Assembly (NCBI GenBank): GCA_964188305.1
Contig: OZ076885.1
Source of the DNA: Podarcis bocagei
Lineage: Eukaryota
Strand: one strand, 5' to 3'
Length of the DNA stretch: 64,000 nt
The position numbers and the translations under genes are program-made. The notes beneath the pieces were generated by a model. The model was not told the DNA's origin. It made no database searches and was given only the letters and a program-made list of their open reading frames with translations. Positions 37,955-51,646 of this stretch are shown here, one piece after another (position 1 is the stretch's first letter; the number at the start of each line of letters is the position of its first letter).

Positions 37955-40900
37955 AGATAAGGTTTGACCATATGAACTAGTGAAACATCACTAGCTGAGC
38001 AAGCAGCCTACGGAGGGACAAAGAAGGTTGGTATTTTATAAAAACTCTTTACTGAGCTCTAAACATTTTCAATAGTATAGCAACGAGAGATACTGTTGTA
38101 CTGTGGAACCTTCATGGTGAAAGTCTGTAGTACTTTTATTGGAAGAAGGCCAAGCAGGGTCAATCCTTCTAAAGAACTATAATCATAAAGTGCATATATA
38201 TCTAGAAGTCACTGCCTCATAAACACAAAGTTTTCTCTGTAAGACATACTGAGTTACTGAGTTTAATCCAACAGTGATGTAAATCAGAACTGCCTGTCAA
38301 GGTTCTGACATTGGTGGCTTACCAATAAACCTCTTTCTTGATCCTTGTGTGGTAGATGCTACACAGAGGAAATTTTGGTACCACTGAACAACAGTGTGTA
38401 CCATGGCAACTCTGCCCAGCTGCAAGTTCACAAAGGTGGACGAAAGGGTAGAACTGAGACAGGGGTTTCTCTAAGATAGGATAACAACTCTTGAACTCAG
38501 TTCAACCTCTAAACTGAAATAGAGTCAACAAACCCGAGGAAGATCAGGGGTTCTTGGTTCACTATTTTTCTATCTGGACTCCTGAGCAAATAAACAACAG
38601 TGGGTTCTTATCTCTTTTGGGCAGAATTTACCTTCCATAAGTAAACAAAGCAAGGACTGGAAATCTTTCTTAATAACCCCTTGTTTATTTAGATTCAGGC
38701 TGTTATCAGCCAATAACATCTATATCTTTATGATAGATTGGTAGTGTCTGCTCTGTTCAAGTGTCCAAGAAAGGGAATATAATTGTATTTGATATTTCCC
38801 TCATGATTTAAATGAGTCTCTGTCCAAAATAAAACATTAAATGATGGGCCCAACAGTACATATGAAGAAATAAAATGGACCCTGGGTTTTAATTTCAGTG
38901 AGTATAAATGTTCAAAAACATCTTTAGAGGGCCAAATTAGACATGATACTAAAAATGTAGAAACCAGCAATATCAGGGAGGTATAATCTTTTCTTCCTCA
39001 AAGTCCTGATGGAAAGTTTTCATCCCCTACCACAGCAATGAGCCTTCTCTCTAAAGATTCATAGCCACATGCGTAGAGCAGTAATTTTCACTAGTACTGT
39101 GGCTGGAAAGTGTTAGTAAATATCCCTTCTTCATGCACTGCATTCCTAAGGGAAATAACCCCCTTGAACCTAATAATAATAATAATATTGATAAAGTTGA
39201 CCCAAAGCAACACTTACTAATGGCACCTTTAAAGTCACATTTACTTTGGCCCTGAGAAGTAGAAGTTTGAACACCCTCCATTCTTGCATAACCCTTCCCT
39301 GTGTGTATGACAACCTTTTCATTTGTGATAAAGTACATAAACTAGACAAAACCAGAGCAAGCATTACAAGTTAGATTTAGTCTGCAAATCAATTGATTCA
39401 ATATGAATGTAGTGATAGGCCATGTGATTATAACAAACCTGTGAATTCTGGCTTGAAGTGAAGGTTATTAGAAAAGTCATGAAGAAACATTGAATTGAAA
39501 TTCAGAATACCTAATAACTAAACTCCCTTATAATAATAAAAATTGAAGATTCTGAGAAGATTCTGATTTGGACCACTGCCTGTATGATCTCAGTATTTGG
39601 AAATAAATAATTTCCTAATTAATATTTTGTAGGCAAGTATATTGTTATGCCAAACAAAACTATATAAGAAAGGAAACAGATAAATTTTCTGGAGAAGTTG
39701 GGAAGATGAGAGAGCAAGAGAAGAATTCAGCTCTATTTTTGTCTCTTCCCTACCTACAGCACCTTTACCCATTTTAGGCAGTCAAAAAAGATGGAAGGAG
39801 AGAAACCACTCTCTTGAGAAAAAGGAGCACTGGCAACTGGAGAGTCACATAGTACTCCTGAGATAGCCAGATTTGGCCTAGGGGGTGTCAGTTGCTAATC
39901 CCTAATGTCATATGTATGTTTTGTGCATGCAAATTCCACAACATTCACTTGGATTTTTAAATTGCCACCTATAATGTCTCAGTAACTATCAAGAATAGAG
40001 ATTATTTAAATATATATATACTATGCATATATGCTGTCATGAGTGTGAATGATTATATGCATCTTAATTTCTGGATGGTACAGGATGACTACAGTTACTA
40101 ATATTTCACCATGAGATTCTATTGTATAAAGTGTTCTTAGATGCTTAATAATAAATGCACGCACACATTAACACTCAGCTTAACTAGTGTTACAGAAACA
40201 TATTGTACCATCTGTTTGGCAGAACCCATCCAAGGTTTATCAAATCTCTTTGTAGCTAGAATTTATACAAAATTTTATAAAAGTGTATCAGTGGACAAAA
40301 TGAGCTCTTCTCAAACTCTCTGGTTTGATTCTAAACCAACTGGGTAATTAGTCCTAGCTGACGCAAATGGTCTATAGAAATGGTGGTTTTCTATTTTATT
40401 TTTAAGACCAAACCACAGACTTTCAGCTATCACTATCGGAAATGGATTTTCACTTTAGAACACATAGCAACATTCTATACTTTTTAAAACATTTCTAGTT
40501 AAAACATTATCCTAGTGAAAGGTTTCCTCTGGACAAGATACACAGCACTGGCAATAAACTTAATCAAAATAAATAAATGAGAAATCATGCTTATTTAATA
40601 GCACATTATAGTTGCAATCTTAGACCCACTTCCCACGGACTAAACCCAACTAAACTAAGTGGACTTACTTCTGAGTAGTCATATACAGCATTGCACTGAA
40701 GTTCCTTGAATGAGCTTTTGATTTTCTGCCAACTCTAAATAGGTTTGATCAAAGTAGCTACTATTCCTATTTTAATAGTTTTTGTTACAATGATCAACAG
40801 AAGCAGAATTATGAAAACAAAGATCTAGTTCTAAACAATCATTTCCATGGAAACTTTTCACTTACTTTATACCTAGATAAGGAATAAGCCTCATTTAGCT

Positions 40901-42289
40901 CAATGGGACTTACTTCTGAGTAAACAAGACATAGCACTTATAATTCCCACTGATTTAAATGAGGGTAAACTTAACTTTCTCCCGCTCAAAGCAGTGGGCC
41001 ATAAAACAGGCTGGGTTGTGCCCACAGTCCTCAGTTAATTTCATCTCATTTTCTATTTTTCCGTTCTTATGAAGAAATTGTTTTGGTTGTTCCTGTTTGT
41101 AGCCTAAAAACATGTCTTTAATGTTTCGATTTAGGGGAAAATCCTTAGCAAATGATGCATGCAAAAACAGAGTTATGTTGATTGAGCAGCTGTGTTCTTG
41201 GAGTGGGGGGAAGGAAGGAAAGATGGGAGAAAACATTCCAGATGTTTCATCCATGTAGCAACACCTTGCATAATATTGTCTCAAAATATCTTGGCCTAGT
41301 CCCACCTCATCATATCCTTCGCCTGGAGACTTCTGCCTAAAAGTACCCATCATTATAAAGTTAACCTTAATGATTTTATGACCTAACTCCCCATCTCCTT
41401 TTATAATTTAAGCAAGGTGCTCAGGCAAACTGCTAACATCTGTTATCAATATGTTATATTTAGAGGCTTATATTTATCAGATATATAGTTTCCTACACAT
41501 GGAAGTATTTCTAATAGCTTCTATCTACTGGCAGTCAAATAAGCTACATGCATACAAAAGTATGTAGCTGATCTGGTAATACTGTGGATCAATTTAAGAG
41601 TAATATGAGGAAAAAAGAATTATTCTCTCACATCCTGGACAGGATATCTTGTTTCTTTAATTATTTTAATGTCAATTTTATGACCATATGGCTTGAAATT
41701 ACTTTGTCTCACTTGGGTAAATAAAAGGTGATACTTCTCTTCCAGAATACATACACAACTAAACTAATCTAAGTTTTACATCAGTGAAGTCAATCGACTA
41801 AAACTAATACCAGAGTTTTCTTTCTGTAGCACAAAGCAGCCAATGGCCTCCGTGCAACTTATGGTAATTTTAATGGATCTTGCACATAACATCTCCAACG
41901 TATTCTAGAGTCTTTAAGATAAGCGGACAGTCTTCACAGTATCATATGAGTATCAAGCTTGCACTATGAAGGAGTGAATTGAGGTTTCAAACAGCTGAGA
42001 AATTATCTTCTCCTGGAATCCTGTCAAAGTCTGAACATTTTCTGCAAGCACTGTCAGTTTGGTTTTTCCTTTTAATTGCAGTTAAGGGACATCTTTATTT
42101 CTGATATTTAGCATTAAATGAATATTTTATTGATAAGTTTAATGAAATTGTTATTTTAATGCTGTTACTTATTCTGAGCTTTAGGATGGTATTGATTAGA
42201 ACACTAACTAGTCAGTTAACTAAATTAAATCAAGAATTTATTTTGTTGTTTTGTTTCTTGTCTTAACATAACAAAGCAACACCATACAA

Positions 42290-42565
42290 TCTATTTATTT
42301 ATTTAATCATTTATAAACTGTCTTTTGAAACCAAGTTCACCCAAGGCAGCAAAAAATAAATAAATGAGCATAAAAACACAGTGATAGTATAATTAAAGTA
42401 TATGAATTCAAACAAGCAACAACACCACACATTAAAACATAATTCAGCCAATAAAACATAGCTCCAAAGCAACAACATGGCCAATAAAACACACACCTTT
42501 CAAAAGTGGGGTAGTTTTAAAGCCTTTTTAAATCGAGCAAATGAGGGGGCCAAATGCAGCCCTAA
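42290..42565 (-). mobile_element. L2-type 3' end relic
   Basis: (TTTA)n tail, CCCAAGGCAGC and AAAGCCTTTTTAAAT...GAGGGGGCC antisense motifs. Confidence 0.45.
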
Positions 42566-43129
42566 TGCACCATTACTGTAGTCTAGTCTCAATGTAACTA
42601 CGGCATGCATGACTGAAGCTAGATTCGCTATGTACAATTGTATAGTTGAACAAATATGCAAATATTTCCTCTCTCTCAACTGTCACCTAGCCACGACCAT
42701 TGTATCAGCAGAGGGAGAGAAGGGAAACAGGGTCACTCCATCAGCTCTGCAGAAAAGAGCTCCACTGGGCTTCTCTCCCCATCACCTGTCATCTGGGAGC
42801 AACCATTCCATCAAACTGCAGCAGAGGAAAAGATAGGAAGCAGGGCCAGCCGATAAGAGACCAACACCTTTTAGCTTTTTCTTGCTTTGAACTTTTTTCC
42901 AATCCAACTGATAATAAGAACTTTGTGACTCTGAATAGTGCCCGAGTTTGCTTACCTCCCCCCCCCCGGACTCTTTTCCTTTTGTGACACATACACCTGG
43001 GAGCAGGCATTTATATAATTTCTAAACATGGGGTCCCATGATTAACCCCCCTTAATTTTGATAACAAAAATAATTTGGAGTGTCTTTCAGAATTTTCAGA
43101 ATGGGAATAATCTATTTTGGCACAAAACA

Positions 43130-43760
43130 TTTTAAAAATTGGAAGAGTTTCAATCTGTTGTTCAACTTTTAATCTGGGAAAAAATGCCATGTGCTATGAA
43201 CAAAATCTCTACAAAGATATGCTTGAATCTGGTAAATCTTATAATCAGAAGTATGTCACAAGGGCAGAGTAGGTTTCCTACAAAAGACAACCACTTTAGT
43301 CTTCTTGTAATTCACCTTTGCAAAAATTTCTTAAGGCAGTTATGTCTGAGACATGCTCTCTGTTCATAAGAAAGCAAATCATATTATTTGCATAAAGCAG
43401 TACTGATTATATTCTATTTCTCATCGCAACTGAAAGCAAAACCCTAGGCTCTGAAACAATAGCAATGAGATAAAATTTAAAATCAAGAGACATGCAAATA
43501 TAACCCCCTGTTGAACTCCCAGTATACTTTTGCCATTCTCACAGGAGTACAGGGATCTAATGTAAAATAACAACCTTTTGTCAATATTGGCATGCTGTAT
43601 TTTTGCCCATAACCTGTCTCTATCTATGGAACTGAAAGCTGCCTTTAGGTCAATACAAAGTGTATACAGGTAGCCTTTTTTAATGGAATATTTGTTAACC
43701 AAATGTGTAAAGGTAAATATGCTGTCTAATGACACGAAAATTGTCGTGGACCATGTTTGT
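43130..43760 (-). mobile_element. Non-LTR retrotransposon RT fragment (RTEX/L2B-like)
   Basis: ORF 43421-43735 DSIFTFTHLVNKY...LYTLCIDLKAAFSSIDRDRLWAKI...GVQQG corresponds to RT subdomains 2a-4. Confidence 0.8.
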
Positions 43761-44591
43761 TCCTTACATAAAGTAATATTTATCTAGGTGCACTCCTGTA
43801 CTACCGAACAGACATTTAGCATACAATATTCTGATTTTAAAAAGATTATACTGATAATATTCATGTTCTGACCACCTGCAATTTCCCCTGAAATAGAAGA
43901 AATAAATTTTACCTATTAAAAAGGTAGTCACCAAATTAGGTTTTGTTTATAAACAAAAGTTTGTGTGGTATGTCATTTTCCCCAGGGGTGTTGTTGCTGA
44001 CCAGGGAACACACCTGCTCCTCATATACAAATTTACATAGACTGCCTATGACACTTAAGGTTGGTACTCATTGCTGAAAACAGGAAAAGCAGCTCTCTCA
44101 GGCACTATTTGGACTATGTGCCATATCAAGAGATAGACGAAACCTTGAGAATCCATAATTGCTATTTTCCAAAGCTGACACTGTTATTCCTGGCTGATTC
44201 TGTGATTATTCCACAGTCCAGCCCGGTTAATGATATTTCCTGGCTTTAAAAACCCTCTTCTATTTCTTTTAATAAAATTTTGAACTTGCTTCCCTGAGTT
44301 AGGCGGATTAACCTAGCTGGCTGGGTGCCTTACCAGTTCTTTGGCTGCTTTATACTACATTCTTGAAACCATTCTTTCCCCCTCATGAATCAGAGAAGCC
44401 AACAAGCTGGAAGAAGCAAAGAAAGGTTCAAAACTACTACTGAATGTAGGAAAAGCTTGGTGAATTAAATTGGAGGAATTCTAATCCATGAATTGACTAA
44501 AGCTGCTACATCTTGGACATAAGCTTGTGCTTCAGTAGTTAAAGCCACATCCTAATTCTATCGAGAGGAGCAGAAATGTCCTGCTCAAAAT

Positions 44592-44880
44592 CAATTGCCC
44601 ATAAGATGTAGTGATGGCATCCAACTTGATTGGCTTTAAAAGAGGAGTGGACAACTTCATGGAGAGTGGCTACCAGCAATGATGGCTATATTCAGCCTCC
44701 ACTATCAGAGGCAGGATGCCTCTGAATACCCTTTTCTGGGCATCACATGTGGGGAGAATGTTGTTGCACTCCAATCTCATGTGGGTTTCCCATGGGCACC
44801 AGGATGGCCACTGTGAGAATAGGATGCTGGGCTTGATAGGCCTTGGCCTGTTTCAGCAAGGCTCTTCTTATGTTCTTATG
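44592..44880 (+). mobile_element. CR1 LINE 3' fragment
   Basis: GGCTTTAAAAGAGGAGTGGACAACTTCATGGAG...GGCTCTTCTTATGTTCTTATG terminal repeat. Confidence 0.85.
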
Positions 44881-45654
44881 TCATTAAATTACTTACTAAC
44901 AGAGAATAATGGTGTCAGGTGTGATATTGTTCATGGCTCTAGGACGATTCAGAATACAGTTACCTACATTCACATCCATGCCCATAAGCATTCTCTGCAG
45001 CAATTTCCCTTTCCTAAACAGGAATAATCACCTGGTTTTGCTAGTGCATTAACCTATCATGATCTGGAGGCATCTCATGACCTGTTCTGTGTTCAGGACC
45101 TCTTGGGGAAGTAACAAAACTGGAATCTTTGTAGGGGCAGCAAGATAGTCAGGTCACAGAATCTGAACAAGAAGCCATATGAAACCTTTGGTTGGAGATG
45201 CAAGTTGAGTTCAGTTAAAGAAAGGTTAGGAAACAGATGCAGGTACAAGGAGAGATGCTGGTAGCAGAATCACTGCAAGTGACAAACAAGGAGAAAGTCT
45301 GTAGGACCAGAGACTAAAGCAAAGCATGAATAGCAAAGAGAACAAGCTTCTTATCAGTATGAACTCAGGCTGTTGTGTGGACAAAGTCCGCCTACAGAAA
45401 GGGGAAAGTTATGTAGGCATAGATGAAGGCAATGGCTAGTTATAGCAGGGATGGATAGAAGAAGACTGTGAAGATCTGCAGGGGACCACCTCAAGCAGAT
45501 TGGCTTCATGATGGCTCTTTTAAGAAGGCCCCAGTTCACCTCTATAGGAGTGGGACTACAATACAGTTAGCCCAGCCAAGAGATGTATGGAACAGGGAAC
45601 AGCAGCTATCATTTGGGACTAATGAAGAGCTCTTGAGCTTAAATAGGTTAAGAT

Positions 45655-46052
45655 TTGGACAGCCCAACTTTTCATACCAAGTAGGCTACAAGAGTACTTT
45701 GACATGGAACCCATGGGCTGCACACTGCCTTGTCACAGGGTGGGGTGGGGTGGGGTTGGGGGGTGGAGATCGAGACCAAAATTTGACACACCCACCCAGC
45801 CCTCACTGCCTTCCCAAAGCAGGGCTCTACAGATTCCTAGAGTCCATCCCCTCCTTCCCAAAGCCTGGTAAGTGCTTTCCCAGCTTTGGGAAGGAGGTGG
45901 GAGGGCTCTAGGACCCAACCAGAGCCTCACTTACCTGGCTTTGGGAAGGAAATGCAAGGGCAGGGTGGGGAGGGTGTCAAATGTTGTTGTGGCTGCCAAA
46001 AAATGCCTCAAGGGTCCCATGTGGCCTTCAGGCCACATATTTGATCACCCTG
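45655..46052. mobile_element. Palindromic hAT-type non-autonomous element
   Basis: Right end GGCCACATATTTGATCACCCTG; internal inverted repeats TTTGACAC/GTGTCAAA and CCTTCCCAAAGC/GCTTTGGGAAGG. Confidence 0.55.
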
Positions 46053-48894
46053 GCCTAAATGCAGTTTGGACTTGGATGTTGGAGAAGAAAAGAAGTGAGC
46101 AGAGACCTAAGGAAGAGACTTCTCTTGGCCCTCACTGCACTTTCTTCTTCAGCCCACTGGGAGGTGCAGAACATTCTGATAAGAAGCTCCCTCTACTCTC
46201 TTACTACTATTCAAGTAGTGGGATCTCCTAAAAAGGGGCCAGTAAGAAGCCCATTAGACATATTGACCCATAAGCACTATAGCTCTGGGAAAGTGGACCA
46301 CTGGGGTCCTATGTACCCCACAAGCTGGGGAGATCCTGCGAAATTTACTGGGACTGGGCTGAATTCCTGTACTCTGTAGCTAATATTAAGGAAGAAGACC
46401 CCAGCCTGAAGAAAGGCAAGTTAGAAATCCTTGGGAAGAACTCTGAACCCTGGATGAAACCTGGGTTTCTTTTGCCCCAGGAAAGGAATGTGAGAATAGG
46501 GACCTAATGAAACCGAGGTTCCTGTACATTAGACTATATTGTTCTTAACCGGGGAGTCCCTCTGGTCCCATTCCCCATAGGAACCAGGACCCATGAATCA
46601 CAGGGCTTCCAAGGTGCCACTCTGCCTTGGTGAAGCTACTTGTCCCACCCACCTACCCCTCGCAAAAAAGTATAAGTACCAAACTACATGTAACACACAG
46701 CTTCCAGATTTCTGGGGGTCTCCTATCCCCTCATTCCAGAAGCAAAGAGGCTAAAGGGTGATTTTTGAAAAACCTGCCCACAGGAAAGCATCTAAGCATC
46801 CCTTTCGTCAGCACTGCTACTGAAATCATATTTGTAGTACTCCCCAACCTGCATTTCCCTTAAAAAAAAACATAAAAATAAATCAGGAAATGAACCATGA
46901 ATCCCCTGCATCTTGTTCACTTTGGCTATAAGTGTTTTGCATATAGATGCCATAGTTCAAATAAGACTTCCTAGCCCTTGGGGAGGGAACCTGCAGCCCA
47001 CGGTTTAATTTCAAGTTGCCCTCAGCATCAACCCCCCCCTCCGGTGACGCATGTATTGCTCTCTGGATAGCTCTTATAGGAATTGCTTCCTTTGCTGTTT
47101 TGTGTGTGCATGGATCCTATACAAAGTCCACCCACTATTCGCTCTGTCTTCACCAACCATCAGCTGTAGCCCCAACTGAATTTTCCAATGGGTCAATTGG
47201 ACCTTCATAGCAAAAAGATCCATCACCCCTGAGCTAGCCCAATGCCTGGAGGGCCCATGGTTTTACTCCAATCATGAGTTATAACGTTTGGCAAAAGTAA
47301 GGCAAATTCCCTGTGGAGGCTCTTGAGGGAATGTGCTAGGATTCCTATATGCATCCCAGTCAGCTGCAGGTTGGAATCAGACAAAAAGAATCTACTTCCA
47401 AAATTTCTCGAATGAAATAACCACATGGATTGATGAATTCATTATATTTTACCTGCTGCAGGTGCATGAAAAATGAGGGAGAAGGAGGACAAATAATTGA
47501 GTTCTTTTTTTCTGGGGGAAATGAATTTTATTCACACAAATCTACTTAATGTTTATAACAGAAATGTGATGGCAATGTTTTAAATACTATGAAATGTTGA
47601 GTGAGATAGTTAGCTAGCTAAAAACTTCCACTTATACTAATATACTGTCAAATTGATTTTAAATATTTCTAAAAGTTTTAACTGCTAAAAGAAAAGTTTG
47701 CCAATTAGATATAAAAAACTAAGCTTATGTGATGTAGACACTAAAGATAGTGATTAAAAATATGTATAAAGATATTTTTAAGTGGAGCTCCACAGAAGTG
47801 TAAGGTGACATATATTACAAGAATAAATATGCAAAGTACATAATGTTCTGCCTTTTATGTAATACGGAATTTTTAAAATGTGTTTTCAGATGCAGTGCAT
47901 AGACGAAGCACATGAATAGACTACCTTGCTTATTTCCCCCTGCAATTTTTCCAAAGACAACGGCTATCTGAAACAATCTCCGAAAATCACAAAAGCTACT
48001 TTTTTTACTTTTGCATTCTTTTCAAGCATTGCACAAATGTGACTATAGCACAGGTACACATAGCAAATATATTGTGAATGGAGGGTCATGGCTAGTTTAC
48101 ATGTTTAGTTGCCCACATATAATACAATTTGCATATTATTTTCTAATTCATGCTCGATGCCATACCATAATTTATGAACATGTTGCGCATATTCTATAAT
48201 CATTATTCTCAAATATGAAGAACTTGAAATTGCCTCTAAAAAGATGTTGACACATAATCTTAAAGCCTAATCATAAGAGCTGCTGCTGCTGCAGGACAAA
48301 AGTTCATAGGATGAGATGTTAAGAGTCTTGATGCCAATCTTGTACTATTATCAAGAGCAAACAAAGACCACAGTATTGCCATAGAAAGAGCTACTGGTAC
48401 TGCTGCAATAGTTGTGATCCCCTGCCTATGCTCAGGCATAACAGCAATACACAAGAAAATTGGCATGGGTGGCTAGGAAGCAGGAGCAATCGCTGGCCCT
48501 GCAGCATGGCATGCTAGTGGCCAAATGCTACTAGGAAAGATGGTGAAACTTTGTGTCCAATTTTCCAGATACTAATTGTCTGGGAACAGGAGTAGAACAG
48601 CCAAGGGGCAAAGTTGGCAAGATCTCTCCTGCTTTCAACATGCAGCATACTGGTTTAGCTGCAGCCACATTTCAAGCAGAATCAAAGGACTGGGACATCA
48701 CAAATTAGTGTTAAATTTCTCTCTCTCTCTCTCTCTTACAGTAAAAAAAAAAATCTAATAGACCAAACAAAATCCATACATCTTGGCTGTATGTGGCCTG
48801 GAAACTGGCACAGAATATAGTATCCAAGATTCTTAGTTTTCTATTTTTAAAGGCAACTTTCTAGATCCTTTTAAATATCTGGGAAGTGGGTGCT

Positions 48895-49440
48895 TTCAGA
48901 TGTCACAATAAAGTATGATTTATCATTATGGGAATGAGCCTTGGTCTCCTGTACTCTTTCCTCCCCTCTCTTTCTCTGGCATGGCTTCAAGAAGAAAATG
49001 GAAAGCTTTTGCTTCCCTTTATGATTAACCACAGTTTAATGCAGTGTTTCTCATACTTGAGTCTCCAGCTGTTGTTGGACTACAACTCCCATCATCCCTG
49101 ACCACTAGTGCTGCTAGCCAGCAACGCTGAGAGTGGTAGTAAAACAACGGCTGGGGACCCAAGTTTGAGAAACACTGGTTTAATGTTACATCTGTACACT
49201 AAACTGTGGTTAATCTTAATTGTGATGTGTTAGAACAGACCACCTTTATAACCCATGGTTTGAAAATGGCTTCTTTCAAACAAAGCATAATTAAGATGAA
49301 TCACAGTTTGTCAGGTTCAGACAAAGCACTAAGCTACAGTTAATCAAAAACAGAAGTGAAGGGCTTCAGAACTCCTCCTCTGCTATGCAGGGACAGGGGT
49401 GGATGGCAGGTCATCCCCATCACAGTAAGCCACAGTTTGA
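48895..49440. mobile_element. Old palindromic DNA-transposon-derived repeat hosting a MITE
   Basis: Recurrent AACCACAGTTT/AAACTGTGGTT and AACCCATGGTTT motifs in inverted arrangement. Confidence 0.45.
49042..49177. mobile_element. hAT MITE (136 bp), third TIR variant of the same core
   Basis: TIRs CAGTGTTTCTCATACTTG / CAAGTTTGAGAAACACTG; perfect 8-bp TSD GTTTAATG. Confidence 0.93.
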
Positions 49441-49784
49441 AGCCAATGACTGGTCAAATCTCTGAAGCCAACTGCTGGGTTTCAATGTCCTGCATGGCAC
49501 TTTGCCTCTTCCCTTTATTATTGTAAGTAGCTAAGTAAATGATTTACACTGATGGACTAGATGGAACATACATATGATAAAACTGGACAGTTCTTGTGTT
49601 CACCATGGTGTGAGTTGCCAGCATTCTTTATATATCAACAGCTTGGAATGTGTTCATTTTTTCCAACATAAAGTGTACACGCTATAAAAAGCAGACTTGG
49701 TTAGCATCTTGGTTAGCAGATTCAGAATAAGTAGTGGCAAACACAAAACACTTATGGGAAAAGTGGAATATATGTTAGTGCATT

Positions 49785-49840
49785 AAAAAATCTCATTCTG
49801 CAACTAATCCTCAGTTATTAGCTGCAGAATGAGATTTTTT
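49785..49840. repeat. 56-nt inverted repeat (24-bp stem, 8-nt loop)
   Basis: AAAAAATCTCATTCTGCAACTAAT-CCTCAGTT-ATTAGCTGCAGAATGAGATTTTTT. Confidence 0.9.
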
Positions 49841-50368
49841 TACTCACAGCAGCTATAATGCTCTTACTATGAGGTTAACAATGAAACTCTAGTGTGAACC
49901 AAGGTAGGTGCTCTCACAGTCATCTTCAAAGATTTCTTTGATTCTAACTAAGGGCATGCTTTAAAATTGGAAATTTAAGCAGATTTAGAGACTCAACATT
50001 TGACATGCAACTCTCAAATATAATATAGAAGGGCATCTGTAATGACAATCCCCAGAATACACTGTAATAAAGAAACTTAATGTATAGTTACACAGATTTG
50101 TACCAGCTTAGAATCTGGCCCACACGATTCTATGTGCATGCATAATTTGCACATTCTATGTGCAAATGCAAAAGGGCATTGTGAGCCTTTGTTAGAAACC
50201 AATCATCTGTGCTTATTGCTGCATGTTAAAAAGCCCCATTGCGCATTTGCTTACATCTTATTTTAAACCTTTCATAGATGCCCATCAGTAGATCTTTAGC
50301 ACATAGATGTAAAAATGATAGATGAGATCTGATTCATCTGTACATGTTTATTAACACTAAGATTTTAC

Positions 50369-50630
50369 CTTAGGCTGTTGGCTGAAATGCTGGTTTGGTA
50401 ATTCTTATTCAAAGCAGATTGATATGCTGCTATAGAGAGCTCTACTCGCTGATGCAGNNNNNNNNNNNNNNNNNNNNNNNNNNNNNNNNNNNNNNNNNNN
50501 NNNNNNNNNNNNNNNNNNNNNNNNNNNNNNNNNNNNNNNNNNNNNNNNNNNNNNNNNNNNNNNNNNNNNNNNNNNNNNNNNNNNNNNNNNNNNNNNNNNN
50601 NNNNNNNNNNNNNCCACGAATTTATATGGG
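50369..50630 (-). CDS. Candidate partly masked exon (xHINSW-[52 masked codons]-LHQRVELSIAAYQSALNKNYQTSISANSL)
   Basis: Acceptor TTCCATTTTTCTTTGGTCCAG and donor AG|GTAAAA; visible parts are open in one frame; 156 central nt are N. Confidence 0.25.
50458..50613. other. N-run (156 nt)
   Basis: 156 consecutive N. Confidence 0.99.
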
Positions 50631-51412
50631 CTGGACCAAAGAAAAATGGAATTTGATTATTAAAACAACCCTATTCCTCAAGATTCTAGTGGCATAGTAT
50701 GTTCAAATTAAATACAAAGAAAGCAATATCCATAATACCTGCCTCTGTTGGCTCATGTAATGTTTCTTTTGGGGGAACAGTGTATCATGTTAAAAGATAT
50801 CGCATTGCCACAAACAGATTTTTTTTCTGGTTTTTCACTATTTCCATTGTAAAACACAAACCTATATTTTGGCATTGCTTATTTTTTATTTTATTTTAAA
50901 AATATCTGTGTATCAAAGTATTCTAAAAATGTTAGCTGCACTGTACACTGACATAAATTCAGATTAACCCTTAATTTACCATTCAGAATACACTAAGAAG
51001 CTAGATCCATATAATTCACTAAAATGTTCAGTGTTTTTCCTCATTTGAATTGAATCCAAAAGCGGCTTTTCCCAGCCTAGTATATTTTTCACAATAAAAC
51101 CACAAATAATGCTGCTAGTTTCCTTAACCACATTAGTTCCATCACCCAGTATCTCTAGTTCTCTGCTTGAAATCTACCACAGGATGGCCCCTTTCATGCT
51201 ATCTTTCTCTGCCCTCCTTTTGAGCATATCAATGTTCATTGTTATTGGCTAGTACTGTGTACATCCTACAAAACACATGTCTTCAGGTTATGAAATTTAT
51301 CAGGATTTTTAATTTGTTTTGATATGTATTCAGATTTTTCAGAATGTTTAAAGTGCTTCATGCTAGAAAGCTAAATTGTGTGCCGTAACATAGCTGTGCT
51401 TGACACGTTATA

Positions 51413-51646
51413 CAGCCGTACCTTGGTTCTCAAGCGCCTTGTGACTCAAACTTTTTGGCTCCCGAACGCCACAAACCCAGAAGTGAGTGTTTCGATTTGC
51501 AAACGTTCTTTGGAACCCAAACAGCTTCCAACTGACTGCAGGAAGTTCCTGCAGCCAATCCGAAGGTGCGCCTTGGTTTTTTGAATGTTTTTGGAAGTCG
51601 AATGGACTTCCGGAACGGATTCTGTTTGAATACCAAAGTATGACTG
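51413..51646. mobile_element. Tc1/mariner (Tigger-type) MITE
   Basis: TIRs CAGCCGTACCTTGGT / ACCAAAGTATGACTG, TA flanks. Confidence 0.85.

Noticed and set aside
45083-46695. Long solo LTR surrounding the palindromic hAT element
   Set aside because: TG...CA ends are plausible, but no TSD, PBS or PPT could be confirmed
48260-48466. Hydrophobic 68-aa ORF as a membrane micropeptide
   Set aside because: No promoter, splice or homology support; length expected by chance
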